From positions 42,036,001 through 42,100,000 of the forward strand of contig OX597835.1 of the NCBI GenBank assembly GCA_951406725.2: a stretch of 64,000 nucleotides of DNA, given 5' to 3'. A program made the translations under genes and the position numbers. This DNA comes from Octopus vulgaris (Eukaryota). Positions 38,101 to 52,134 of this stretch are shown here, one piece after another (the first letter of the stretch is position 1; the number at the start of each line of letters is the position of its first letter). The notes under the pieces are model-generated. The model worked only from the letters and a program-made list of their open reading frames with translations, searched no databases and was not told where the DNA came from.

Positions 38101-38412
38101 CGTCGTCGTAACCGACGGTGTGCTACTGAATTCTTTCACGTTCATAGAGCCCTGGAAACGAAAGAAGCCTTTCTCTCGTTGCCATGGGTAAAAGAACTGA
38201 GGTGTTGTCGCTGTGTCGAAGTAGGATGAAAACTTTGCATACGACAAACTTGAAACATCTCAAAGCAACCATCACGTTAACAGATGATTAAAGATTAAAC
38301 AATAAACAATACAAATAGATATTTTTTTAGGGTTGAGAGTGGGAGAAGCTTCAAAAAGACCTGACCTTTAGCCTGACTTTTTAACCTTCATTTAACTACC
38401 GAACTACCATTC

Positions 38413-38479
<67 letters not shown>

Positions 38480-40444
38480 TACGTGTGTAAGCAGTGTGTA
38501 CGTGTGCGTGTTCGCATATCTATATCTATCTATCTATCTATATATATATATGTATGGATGAATGTGTATGTATACATATGTATCTTTATTGTATATGTGT
38601 ATGTATATATATGAATGTATGTATGCATTAGTACGTATGTATCACATGCATGAATGCCATGGAAATCATGTGGCTTATTATATTGATTTATTTATTTAGT
38701 TTACATGGCAATTTGTGAAGAATGCCATTATATAGATTTATCAAAGTCCACTCACTCACTAGTTTAGCTGTATTTTTGGCAGCGGAACGAACAGGCCAAT
38801 AACTCAATGCCAAAAAATATGGCAAAGGACTCCACTGGAAGAGCACCCGATTCGACGAAAGCTACGCCAGACCTTTGCTTTCAGAGTTCAAATCCGCTTA
38901 AGGTCAACATCACCTTCCATCTTTCCGTGGGTCAGTGAATGAAAGCACAAATGTACCAGTCTTGCGTCGGTAGATTGTCGACATTGTTGGGTAATCGGAC
39001 GATCAATTGTCTCATGGTATCTACTCCGGATTTACGTGTTTTGAGGTGAGGGCGCGTGGCTTAGTGGTTAGGGTTCTTTTTGAATCAGTTATTGATGGTT
39101 AGAGTGTTCCAGACTTCCTGGTATTACGGAATTCGTCTCGGTTTTCAAATAGTCCTTGAGCAAGACACTTTATTTCACGTTGCTCCAGTCCACTCAGCTG
39201 GCAAAAATGAGTTGTACTTGTATTTCAAAGGGTCAGCCTTGTCACTCTCTGTGTCACGCTGATTATCCCCGAGAACTACGTTAAGGGTACACGTGTCTGT
39301 GGAATGCTCAGCCATTTGCACGTTAATTTCACGAGCAAGCTGTTCCGTTGATCGTATCAGCTGGGACCCTCGTCGTCGTAACCGGCGGAGTCTTTTTAAG
39401 AACGTGTTTTGAGTTCGAAATCTGTCATCGGATTCTTGGTGACGGTAAACTGGTTCTTTTTGAATCAGTTATTGATGGTTAGAGTGTTCCAGACTTACTG
39501 GTATTACGGAATTCGTCTCGGGTTTTCAAACAATAGTCCTTATGGCCCAAAGTAATGCTTCAAACAGGCTTGGCGACGTTACCAGTTTCATTACTGACGA
39601 CACACACCGTCGGGAGATCCTGCAGACCAAACCTCTATTCACTACACCGGTTGTGCCTTTTCGATCACTTCGTAAGAAGATCATACATACATAAAATGAC
39701 TGTCACTGACCATTAGGTGACATCCTTACCCATCGCTCTTTTCCTTGTATTTTGCTGCTACTCTCACTCGTACTTTTTTTGCTTTAGTTTTCTCGTCTGG
39801 GATATATGAGAAATATCAGAGATTCTGGTCGTCTCTTCAACTTGCATCGATTTTCTACCCATTCGAATGTTTTTCAGTCGCTTATTCGTGACCTCCATCA
39901 TGCGGAAGGTTGCGACTTAGTTGATCATACAGCTAAAGATATGCAAATTCTCATGGGCCATATTTCTGCTTCTTGCACGGCATTTGGCCATGCACACACA
40001 CACACACACACACGTATATAAACGCATACATACATACGTACATACACATACATACATACACACATATACCTACATGCATACACATACACATACATACATG
40101 CATATACACACACACACGCATACATACTTGCATACATACATACACACGCAAACACGTTAAACACATTGCTATGCAATGTCTTGCGGTTGGTTTATAAATG
40201 TAGCATTAGCTATCAGGGAAGAATTTACTCGGGATAGTCTGCTCTAAACTGAGTTCCAACAATGTATTCCAAAGCAAGTAGATATATATTCAGCTGCTGT
40301 TATCGCTGCTGCGCTGGTATTATCGTTTAGCCCCTGGTCAGGCCCTGATGCAGAGGACTGATGCTCAAAGATATTTATAGTTTATTCATATATAATATAT
40401 ATACAACTACATATTACTTAAGATTCTTTTTAAATACAGCAGAG

Positions 40445-40565
<121 letters not shown>

Positions 40566-40630
40566 GCGCACATAATACATATAGTGCTTATATTGTGCAT
40601 GTGTGTGTTTTATGTATCAATGTATGTGTG

Positions 40631-40667
<37 letters not shown>

Positions 40668-40904
40668 TGTGTATGTGTGTATATATATATATTCCCTCCA
40701 CTTTTCACTTCACTATGTCCCTGTCATTTTTTCTTGCCCCTCCTTAATTCTTCTGTCCATCTGCTTCTACTTCTCTCTCTTCTCTTCCCCCTCCTTAATT
40801 CTTTTGTTCCTCTGCCTCTATTTCTCTCTCTTCTCTTCCCACGTGACCGATCGACCAGACTGCTCGCGCTTTCTTTCTGGGTCTGACTGTGGTCTGTGCA
40901 ACAT

Positions 40905-41345
40905 CGATATTCTTCCCTGTGTTTGTGAAACTTTTGTATCTCTGCCGTAAGGCTTCATTTCCACACTCGCCCAGCTTAATTAAATTCGTCCTTAGTCGAA
41001 AGACACCGGTTGTTATGTCCTGTTATAATTTTTATTGTATTTTGTTATTGTATCTATATTTGTGTAACATTGTCTGTTTTTTCGTCCTTGTGTTTGTATA
41101 CCTTCGATGCTTTCTTCCAAGGAATCTAATGCTCTTAGCTTAGTTTTTCTTTGGGGCTGGCCAGATTGGAGCAATCTCAAGAATATTCAACCGAAATTGC
41201 GAGGATAATTTGGTTCTTGACTGAAGATAGAAAACTTCGAATGACCTGTTCTTGTTTTCTTTGTATCGTCTATCTGGATGTTTTGTTGTCCCTTTTTGTA
41301 TCACCTAGTTGTCCGGATGTTTTGCGTTCTTGTCTCATTTTGTAT

Positions 41346-41347
<2 letters not shown>
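40905..41347 (+). mobile_element. Unclassified microsatellite-associated repeat (second copy at 48992-49341 on the minus strand)
   Basis: About 350 bp of clear homology (AATTCGTCCTTAGTCGAAAGACACCGGTTG ... GGATGTTTTGCGTTCTTGTC); both copies end at TA-rich microsatellites. Confidence 0.75.
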
Positions 41348-41393
<46 letters not shown>

Positions 41394-41434
41394 CCACACA
41401 CACACACACAACCACACACACACTCACACACACA

Positions 41435-41920
<486 letters not shown>

Positions 41921-42307
41921 ATGAGAATTACTAAATACAGTGTTTGAAGTGTAAAGGTGATTTTTTTTCTAAAAATTTAAAAAAATGTTATGAACTCTTT
42001 TATGAGGATGTTACTAACTAATCATGGGAAGAAGTTTTTTTCTAGTGTGTGGGCGCTTTCGTGTAACCTTTTCAAGTGCGCGTGCTTTTATACGAGGGAT
42101 GCTGAAAAGTTCTTGGTTTTTGGGTAAAAAAAGAAAATACCGGAGGATTAGTTAATTATGATTTCATTCAACTTATTCGTCTCTCAGATTCACACACTTA
42201 TTGCAGCGGTCCTTCAGTTTTTCTAAGCCCTGTAAAAGAACTCGGAAGGTTGGCTCTCCAACCAAACCTTTCACGACACTCTTAAAGCCAGGAAATTTCA
42301 GCAACCC

Positions 42308-42369
<62 letters not shown>

Positions 42370-42674
42370 ATATATATATCTATATATATATATATAAGGA
42401 TAAGATCAGTTATTTTAAATTAAATAACGATCTTATCAAGTGGCCAGCATGGAAATAAAAACCTTCAATGGTAATAATTATTATTAAAATTATAACTTAG
42501 GGTATCTTAGGGTATCTCTCGTAGATACCCACCCTAAGTTATAATTTTATGAGCGGTTCGGCAAAAGAGACCGATAGAATAAGTACTGGGCTTACAAAGA
42601 ATAAGTCCTGGGATCGAGTTGCTCGATTAAAGGCGGTGCTACAGCATGGCCGCAGTTAAAATGACTGAAACAAG

Positions 42675-42739
<65 letters not shown>

Positions 42740-43043
42740 TATATACGAAGAACTTTTCAGTACCCCCTTGAACACACACACACACTACTTGTGTGTATTC
42801 CCTGTATCAATATTATTGATAATCAATTTTGATGTGAAGAAGCACTTAATGCATTGACATATGCCTTGATTCACTTTCACAGCGGAAAGCGTTGACAGCT
42901 TCGTTGATAACCGACCTGCACATCGCAGCTTATAAAGTTGATGAACAATGCGATGACCCGAGGCCATTCGAGATTTATATCGGTATCTTATGGATCTACA
43001 TCTTCAGGAAACTTCAATGTTAGCGTCACAGTGAATGAACGAA

Positions 43044-43103
<60 letters not shown>

Positions 43104-43542
43104 GTGAAGGATCGCGCATGGCAAAGGAGTGAGTGGTGATGCAATGAATCAACTTCGAAGAAATACATTTAGTCTGGAAAACCAAACTACTATCTTGTAA
43201 AATGTATTAATCAGTATACTTATTATTCGGGTTATTGTCCCTATACAATATAGCCAGAGGTTTCGACTCTCGTCTCTGCGGAGAAGACTGATAATGCTTG
43301 AACATAAAGCCTCTCTCTCTCTCCACTCACACATAGTGTGCTGTTCTTTTGTTGGTAGGATTGACAAGAAAAGTACTCTATCCAGCGAGAGATAATTATT
43401 ATTTAGTAAATGTAGGATCTGTGTTTGTAAGGTAGTAGTGCATGGCATGCTTTATAAGTCCGCGCAATTACTGTACTATCAGAGCATGAAGCATGAGCTA
43501 ATATTTAAATCCTGCGTTAATTAAATATATATCGCGCGGACG

Positions 43543-43649
<107 letters not shown>

Positions 43650-43776
43650 GTAATGGATTTTAAATTTGGGTATACACCTTGTAGTATGTCATTTGCGAGT
43701 AAGTACAGACGACTACCAGAATGTATTCTAATCGAAATAAGCGAAACGGAAACTGAAAAACGAGGTACCTTTTGAC

Positions 43777-43886
43777 AAAACACCTGATGAGCTACATCTG
43801 CACCGAATGATGAACTACAACTATTTGTACACCATTTCACTCGCGAGGGACCGATGCATCACGGGTCGAAACGATCGTAGTGATTT
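43777..43886 (+). ncRNA. Candidate hammerhead with a 77-nt stem II insert
   Basis: AAAACAC-CTGATGA(43784-90)-[77 nt]-GAAA(43868-71)-CGATCG-TA-GTGATTT. Confidence 0.45.
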
Positions 43887-44100
43887 ATAAAGAATCTCGT
43901 GAATTCTATTTTCTTTTTCTTTCTATTTCTCTAATATGTTACATGAGGTGTAGGAGGTGACTGTGTGGTAAGTAGCTTGCTTATCAACCACATGGTTCCG
44001 GGTTCAGTCCCACTGCGTGGTACTTTGAGCAAATGTCTTCTACTATAGCTTCAGGCCTTGTGAGTGGATTTGGTAGACGAAAACTGAAAGAAGCTTGTCG

Positions 44101-44162
<62 letters not shown>

Positions 44163-44165
<3 letters not shown>

Positions 44166-44572
44166 GGCTGTGTGGTAAGTAGCTTGCTAACCAACCACAT
44201 GGTTCCGGGTTCAGTCCCACTGCGTGGCATCTTGGGCAAGTGTCTTCTGCTATAGCCTCGGGCCGACCAATGCCTTGTGAGTGGATTTGGTAGACGGAAA
44301 CTGAAAGAAGCCTGTCGTATATATGTATATGTATATATATGTATATGTATATATATGTGTTTGTGTGTCTGTGTTTGTCCCCCTAGCACTTGCTTGACAA
44401 CCGATGCTGGTGTGTTTACGTCCCCGTCACTTAGCGGTTCAGCAAAAGAGACCGATAGAATAAGTACTGGGCTTACAAAGAATAAGTCCCGGGGTCGAGT
44501 TGCTCGATTAAAGGCGGTGCTCCAGCATGGCCGCAGTCAAATGACTGAAACAAGTAAAAGAGTAAAAAGAGA
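44163..44572 (+). mobile_element. SINE family A, full length (tRNA-like head, CORE-like block, internal microsatellite, CR1-derived tail); about 20 copies or fragments in the window, including 17165-17610, 47785-48185 and 58386-58792
   Basis: TGGCTGTGTGG A box, GGTTCAGTCCC B box, CTTGGGCAAGT block resembling the MIR CORE, tail GGCGGTGCTCCAGCATGGCCGCAGTCAAATGACTGAAAC. Confidence 0.92.
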
Positions 44573-46257
44573 GTATATAAAGTGTAGGGATCGGTCGATG
44601 GAGGAGCAAGGTGGTAAGAAGAAAAGACCGGTGAATATGACTGAAAAAGATGAGGACGAATGGGGGAGTAAGAGGAAATATACACGGTATTACTCTGTAT
44701 AAAAATGTCTGGAGAGAAAAGATGAAATACCTTTGATCACAGGTTTACTGGACAAGAGCTGGCCTGGGGCTAAGAACTTTCCCAAACTGCTATTTTTATG
44801 CCATATTAAGCGTAAATAGAACAACAGCGTTGTTTATTGCACTAGGTTTTCTCCTTCCGCAAAAATATGAATTTTAATAGATTATCAAATTGAAAAGACT
44901 TCAAAGTAATTTCCTCTTTTGAAATGGTGTCGACCGAGTTTAAACATTCTTTTCCTTGTCACATGGTAAAGAAAAGAAATCTTCGTATATTCTTTTGTAT
45001 TGCTACAGACGAGAAAGAATGTCGAGTTTACTGAATTCTTTCCTGTCCTTCCTCGTCACTGTCATCCGCGGAAGTTTGTATTTTAAACCTTTTCAGGCAA
45101 TAACTATTGACGTCAGAAAGAAATATGACAAGAAAATTGCAAAAAAGAAAAGTCTCCGCCTTAAATCTTCGTTTGCAATAGTAACATATAATATCGCATG
45201 ACATATGTCACGTGACGCATTATTATCAACATCATCATCATAGTGGTCATCAACATCATCATCATCACCACAAGACACTGAGCTAAGCTGACTCATGTTC
45301 GGAAGAAATGCTTTTGCGGTATTTTTTTTTTACCGCGGGTTTTTTACGTTCAGAGCTCGAATCTTGTCATGGTGAATTTTGCCTTTCATCCTTTCCGTGG
45401 GTCCAAAATACAAGTACCCGATGAACACTAAGGCCGATGTAATCGATTTACTCCTCTCCTTAAATATGGAGCTATCATCATCATGCTCATCATCATCATC
45501 ATCATCACCGTCATCGTAGTCGTCGTCACCTCATTCATCATCACTATCGTCATTATCATCATAGTCTTCGTCCTAGTCGTCGTCATCCTCATGATGATGA
45601 TGATGATGATCATCATCATCGTTATCAAAGCAAGCAAACTGGGAGAATCTCCTGGGTGTCGGAAAAATATTTTGCGATATTTCTTCCGGATGTCTATTTT
45701 TCTGGTTTCAAGTCCCACTGAGGTCAAATTTGTTTTTCATCCCACCCAGTCAAGCACTGGGGTTCGATGACATCGACCTACCCCTACCCCTCACAACTGC
45801 TGGCCTTTTGCCTAAATTAGAAACCATTGGCAAGCGGGTAGAATCGTTAGCCAGAAAAAAATACTTAGCCATACTTAGTCCGTCTTTATGCTTTGAGTCC
45901 GCTTTGAGTCCAAATTTCGCTGAGGTCGCATTTACTTTTTCGGTGTCGATAAAATAAGTACCTTTTCTTTTCTACTCGAGGCACAAGGCCCGAAATTTTG
46001 GGGGAAGGAGCCAGTCGATTAGATCGACTCCAGTACGCAACTGGTGCTTAATTTATCGACCTCAAAAGGTTGAAAACCAAAGTCGACCTCGGCGGAATTT
46101 GAACTCAGAACGTAAAGACAAACGAAATACCGCTCAGCATTTCGCCCGGCGTGCTAACGTTTCTGCCATAAAATAAGTACCAATCAAGTACTGGTGTCGA
46201 TGAAATCGACTAATCGCCACCCCTAAAATTTCAGGGCGTGTGCCTAGAATAGAAAAG

Positions 46258-46296
<39 letters not shown>

Positions 46297-46832
46297 GAGT
46301 GAGAGAGCAGTGCATGCCATCAAAATGACATTGGGGTAAAATATACGAAGACCATCATGACTGTCTGATAAGGGTACACCAGGTACATACATCACAATCC
46401 TATGTGCGTGACATGGCGATCTCATATCAAGATAAATAGTGCATGACCTTGCAGGTGGAGGCACCAGTTAGAATTTTCTTCAGGTTAAGTAACCCATCCC
46501 ACTAAAAAGGTCCCTGGATAAAGTTTGTTTAAGAATGATGAATGAAACACGCATGTTTCCAGAAGTGAATTATCCAAACCCCAAAGAATTCCTTTCAACA
46601 CACGGCTATGGTGTCCCCCCACTACTTCTGCTCCTGATCAGAGATGCTCATATCGTCAGCCACTAAGGGACATGTTCAACTGGTTAACGTGAAACAACTG
46701 ACAAGCACATCTGTGGTATTGAGCAGAGTATTTGCTGTAGCCCATCTTTTATACCAAGGCAAAACAACGTACATGATAACACTTCCAATGAGTTAAGATC
46801 AGAAGCCATGAGAGCCACTGCTTGGTACTGCA
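46297..46832 (-). mobile_element. Probable LINE 3'UTR inserted in (TAA)n; shorter 5'-truncated copy at 59398-59505 (+)
   Basis: Shared end GATGGCAT(G/A)CACTGCTCTCTCACTC(AAT)n; both copies have (AAT)n on both sides. Confidence 0.6.
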
Positions 46833-47264
46833 TATTATTATTATTATTATTATTATTATAAATTTACACTAATATTTACGTCGACTGTTTCAAACTGCCA
46901 CGTGATATTCAGACGCAATTAGCGAGATTCGGTAACCAACAGCAAGCAAACGTGGGTGCTTCTATGTGGCGTATCGATCTGCTAGAAATACGTGCTAAAT
47001 TTCTCTCCAGTCTCAACTTAGCACTTGTAAAATCGAATGTTATAAACATCCAGCAAGAAGGCGTTGGACAATATGGTTGCAGTTAACTTATGGTTGAATG
47101 AAGGATAGAGTGGTGATTATTAGACCATATTTGGATAATGGACTTGCAGTGACTTTTATAGAAAGCTCAATCAGATTCACGTTAGTTCAATGGACGGTTG
47201 ATTCAGCAACAGAATCCTCTTGATGGGGGAAACGGAAGAGAATTATCTGCCCGTTAGTCTGTCT

Positions 47265-47496
47265 ATCCATCCATCCACCCGTCCGTCCATCGGTCTCTTC
47301 GTCTATTCACTTGTCTGTCCGTCCGTCCATCCAAATGTCCGTCCATCGATCCGTACGTCCGTCCGTCTGTTCATCTATCCGTCCATCCATCCATCCATCT
47401 ACCCGACTGTCTGTCCGTGCACCCGTCTGTCCGTCCATTTGTTCATCCGTCTGCCCAACGTCCACCCAAACCCACTCATGCACCCACCTGTGTGTT

Positions 47497-47558
<62 letters not shown>

Positions 47559-47560
47559 GC
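47265..47560. repeat. Degenerate (ATCC/GTCC)n followed by (TG)n
   Basis: Direct inspection. Confidence 0.9.
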
Positions 47561-48621
47561 GACAATGAAGATTAAGGTTTATAGGTCATTGATAGCAAAG
47601 CACATGATATCATAGATCAGTTGTTGCTATGGAAGCCTACACACAGCAATAAAAAATTTTAAATAATCGTACATCGATCAACTGGTAGAAAGCAGTAGGA
47701 TGAAGCGGCAAAATCTGCTTATTGCGATTATGGACGGTCGTACTTAGTGAGAGTGCCTTCTCTCTCTCTCTATATATATATATACTCTTTACTCTTTTGC
47801 TTGTTTCAGTCATTTGACTGCAGCCATGCTGGAGCACCACCTTTAGTCGAGCAAATCGACCCCAGGACTTATTCTTTGTAAGCCTAGTACATTTTCTATC
47901 GCTCTCTTGCCGAACCACTAAGTTACGGGGGCGTAAACACACCAACATCGGTTGTCAAGTGATGTTGGGGGGACAAACACAGACACACACATACACACAC
48001 ACACACATACACATATACATATATACGACGGGCTTCTTTCAGTTTCCATCTACCAAATCCACTCACAAGGTTTTGGTCGGCCCGAGGCTATAGCAGACGA
48101 CACTTGCCCAAGGTGCCACGCAGTGGGAAGGAACCCGGAACCATGTGGTTAGTAAGCAAGCTACTTACCACACAGCCACTCCTGCGATATATATAATTGC
48201 GAATTAAAAGCAGCGCTAGTGTTGGAAACATTAAACATTCTCGACCGCGCATACTCAATGTTTTTGTATTCCTTGTTTGCCGGTTCGCTGTGGAATATCA
48301 CTTTGGAGTATGACTCCCTAATAACGCTGGGTGTTAAAACACCTGAAAATGAGAGACAGGTCAGATAACTAGCCCCAAATGTCATTCGGGAGTGATAGAT
48401 ATCACTATTTCACCATTTTTGTTGTTTACCAACATCACGTATTAGAATCGAACCAGGGACGAATCGAATCGCCTGTCTATGACTATAGACAAATACTGTA
48501 AGAACCATTTTCTGGTATACCTATCGGGCTCAAACTAGAATGGTAAACGGTAGTTTTGTAAAAGCCATTTTCCAGTTCGCTCCTGATAAAGAGAAAGGAA
48601 AATGTTTGCCTTCTTTTCAAA

Positions 48622-48693
48622 ACTGCCTGTGGGCCTCAAACCACGCGTTTTCTGCAACCTAGGCAGACATGTTACTACTTGCGCCGAAGCAGC
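48622..48693 (-). pseudogene. tRNA-like 72-nt relic (AGG in the anticodon position, Pro-like)
   Basis: Acceptor GCTGCTT/AGGCAGT, anticodon stem TCTGC/GCAGA with loop CTAGGTT, degenerate T arm GGTTTGAGGCCCAC; poor D arm. Confidence 0.45.
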
Positions 48694-48945
48694 CCGCTCT
48701 CTTTATTCCATCGAATTTAACGAGAAAAATTGTTTACATTTAAGTCACAAATCGAAAAATACGTTTCGATTTACCTCGAAACAAATACAACAAAGCGTAG
48801 GTGTGGCTGCGTGGTAACAAGTCTCCTCAGTCACTTGATTCTGGGTTCAGTCCCACTGCGCGGTACCTTGGGTGTTTTCTATTATAGCCTTGGGCCTACC
48901 AAAGCCTTGTGAGTAGATTTGGTAGATGGAAAATGAAAGAAGCCC

Positions 48946-48976
<31 letters not shown>

Positions 48977-49912
48977 TGTATGTATGTACGTGTATTAAAA
49001 TGCAAAATGGGACAAGAACGCAAAACATCCGGATAGCTAGGTGATACAAAAAGGGACAACAAAACATCCAGATAGACGATACAAAGAAAACAAGGACGGG
49101 TAATTCGAAGTTTTCTTTCCTCGGTCAAGCACCAGATTATCCTCGCAATTTCGGCTGATTATTCTTGAGATTGCTCCAATCTGGCCAGCCCCAAGGAAAA
49201 ACTAAGCTAAGAGCATTTGGAAGAAAGCATCGAATGTATACAAAAACGAGGACGGTAAAAACCGACAAAATTACACAATATAAATACAATAAAAATAATA
49301 ACAGGACATAACAACCGGTGTCTTTCGACTAAGGACGAATTGTATGTATGTATGTATGTATGTATGTATGTATGTATGTCGGAAACTGAAATAAGCCAGT
49401 CACGCGTGTGTGTATCTTTCACTACCGCTTGACAACCAGCGTTGGTGTTTACGTTCCCACAAATTGGCTGTCCGGCAAAGGAGGCCGATAAAATAACTAC
49501 CAGGTTTTAAAAAGAAAGTGCTGAGGTCTATTCGTTCGACTAAATTTCTTCAAGGCGGTGCTCCAGTATGGCCATAGTCTAATGAGAGGAACAATTTGAA
49601 AACAAAACAAAACAAACCTTAGCTAGTATAAATTGTTTGAAATATAGAAACTTCTGGTATTGCTTTGTCATAAGGTTATCATCAGATCTAAGTTCATTTG
49701 CCAACTCTCCCCACCTCTACCTGTCAGTGAAACGAGGGGAAAATATCGATGATTAATTTTGATACTGGTGAGATCCATGCATCTGTGACGTGTGTTTTAC
49801 TCGCATGAACGAACATCTCTCTCGTGGCCTTTCATGTGTGACATGTCAGTAGTCTATTATTAAGGTGCTGAACTAGTTCTATCGGTAGAGCGCCGTAAAA
49901 TAAAATACTTAC

Positions 49913-50062
49913 TTGGTGTTTAAATATAACAACGGCAATTAGTATTGGGCTATGAACGACAGATACTGTGTTCGTAGCTAATGAGGTGCAACGAAACAGA
50001 AACATGTCCTCCGGTTCGATTACGCCATTCATGGCCCAGTGTTGTGATTTCACAAGTATTAT
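49913..50062 (-). CDS. Candidate 150-nt internal exon of an unidentified gene
   Basis: TTTTCCTCATAG| ... CAA|GTAAGT; open in phase 0: IILVKSQHWAMNGVIEPEDMFLFRCTSLATNTVSVVHSPILIAVVIFKHQ; no recognisable domain. Confidence 0.3.
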
Positions 50063-50364
50063 CTATGAGGAAAATTTATCTCTTGTGAAAAATTTCGCTG
50101 CGTAGGTTTTTTCACGTTTCAGTGTTCACGAACATATAAAATATGATTGTGCACACCTCTAAATACCTAGCAGTTTTTCTTCCGGCTCTTCACTTTCTGG
50201 GTTCAGTTCCCGCTGAGGTCAGCTTTGCTTTTTCATGCTTTGGGGGCTCGACAAAATAAAATATTTCGTATATACAAATACACACACACATATATACGCA
50301 TGTAGATCGTTGGCGATTTTTTCCCCTCCGTCTTCCTTTTCTCTTGGACTTTCATCCGTCTCCT

Positions 50365-50400
50365 GTTTCTGACGAAGAGCTTTGCTCGAAACGTAAAAAC
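50365..50400 (+). ncRNA. Minimal type I hammerhead with a canonical core
   Basis: GTTT-CTGACGA-A-GAGC-TTT-GCTC-GAAA-CG-TA-AAAAC; palindromic ACGT in place of stem III. Confidence 0.7.
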
Positions 50401-50533
50401 CACCTTCCTTTCCTTCCCTGAGCGTCTGCTAATACTTTGCATGTACCACGTCCTCGCATTGTTGTTTTTTCTTGTGTTTGTTCTTCGTTTTCTTTTTGGT
50501 GGGGGGGGATTTACTATATATACACACACACAT

Positions 50534-50593
<60 letters not shown>

Positions 50594-51054
50594 GCTCATA
50601 TATATATATATATATATATACACTCACACACACGCACGCATATATATATTAGTTGGAAATTATAGAAAAACGAAAGGCGAAGACAAGTGTATGAACAACA
50701 AACAGGTGTATTAATTTGATACTCGGGAAAGTGAAGAAGTCTTTTCGAGCCTATGCTCTTCAACAGAAAGGAATAAGAGAAAATAAACAGAGAGAATAAA
50801 AAAAGAGACTTGTGGATTTAGCTGTCAAGCATGGCGGCTGATTAGAAAAAATGGTTTGACAGGAAGGGTTGAAAGAAGGGGGAGGTAATAAAGTATTGGT
50901 GATCCCAAAAGAAAGGTGCGCGTGCGTGTGAGAATGTGTAAGTGTGTGTGTGTGTGTGTGGCTAGTGACTTTGACTTGTGTGGATGATGGTGTGTGGGTG
51001 CTGGGAAGTGGTTAGTGTTAGTGTGTGTGGAGTCGTGTGATGTGGTGCGGTGGT

Positions 51055-51108
<54 letters not shown>

Positions 51109-51651
51109 TACACACACGCGCACGCATATATACATATGTTTATATATACATATTCAAGCGATGCCTATGCACCATGATTTTTTTTATATTGGGGAAAGGA
51201 CTTGCACCAATCCAATCCCACTCTCTGACCATGGACAACATCATCGAATATTGTCAACAATAAATTGTGAAATTTGATTTAAAATTGTTATTATTGCTTG
51301 CAGACAGTTTTTTGAAATCAGTGACGGAAGTTACTAGAAAAACCCATAAGTATTTGCAAACAGGTCTTCCTTTCATCGTAAACCGGTGATTACCGTACGT
51401 TGACAAGAGGCAAATTACCTCGAAATTGCAGTCCGTGCGTATCGTTTAGGTTTACGAGAGAGGGATGACCTCCCTTTGCAAATACCATAAGAGCACAGAA
51501 AGTGTGCCTAAAGCCAGCTGGAGACGATGATCTCCTGGGGCTAAAAGCTACAGTAATACCCACCCTTAGTGGTTAGCCATATTGAGATGGCTAGTATACT
51601 TTACGTTGTCGAGCGGTTACTGTTTACATCTCGTTCAGAGATTTATTATTG

Positions 51652-51705
<54 letters not shown>

Positions 51706-52071
51706 TTATACACACGCACACATATTTATATATGGTTCATATGTACAGAAAACAAAAGAGAGAGATAGGTGAAAGAGTAACAAGTAGGTGTATTAGTCGG
51801 ACACACGGGGTTCGAATGGAAAAGTCTCTTGACGTTTCGAGTCTGTGCTCTTCGAAAGAAAAGGATGAGAGGAAAAACAAAAGAGAGAAAAAAAGTGTGT
51901 CGATATTAACAATTCCGATCCTTCCGTCTCTCTTGGACCCTCGTCTTTCCTATCTTCTATTCGAATCTTCGGTACCTTTCCTTATCCACGAAGTTGGCCC
52001 CGATGTTGGAGTCAACTTTGCTCAAATCTCTGAACTGAGGAGAAGCTGGACTGGTACCAGATCCTGCTGTG

Positions 52072-52134
<63 letters not shown>

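Noticed and set aside
39731-39932. Minus-strand AG...GTAAG exon candidate
   Set aside because: All three frames contain stops, so there is no support as a CDS
41215-41255. CTGAAGA...CGAAT hammerhead-like motif in the unclassified repeat (CCGAGGA in the second copy)
   Set aside because: Neither copy has GAAA or a stem I complement
43250-43292. Minus-strand CCGCAGA-GAC-GAGA-GTC-GAAA
   Set aside because: Two core mismatches and no stem I pairing
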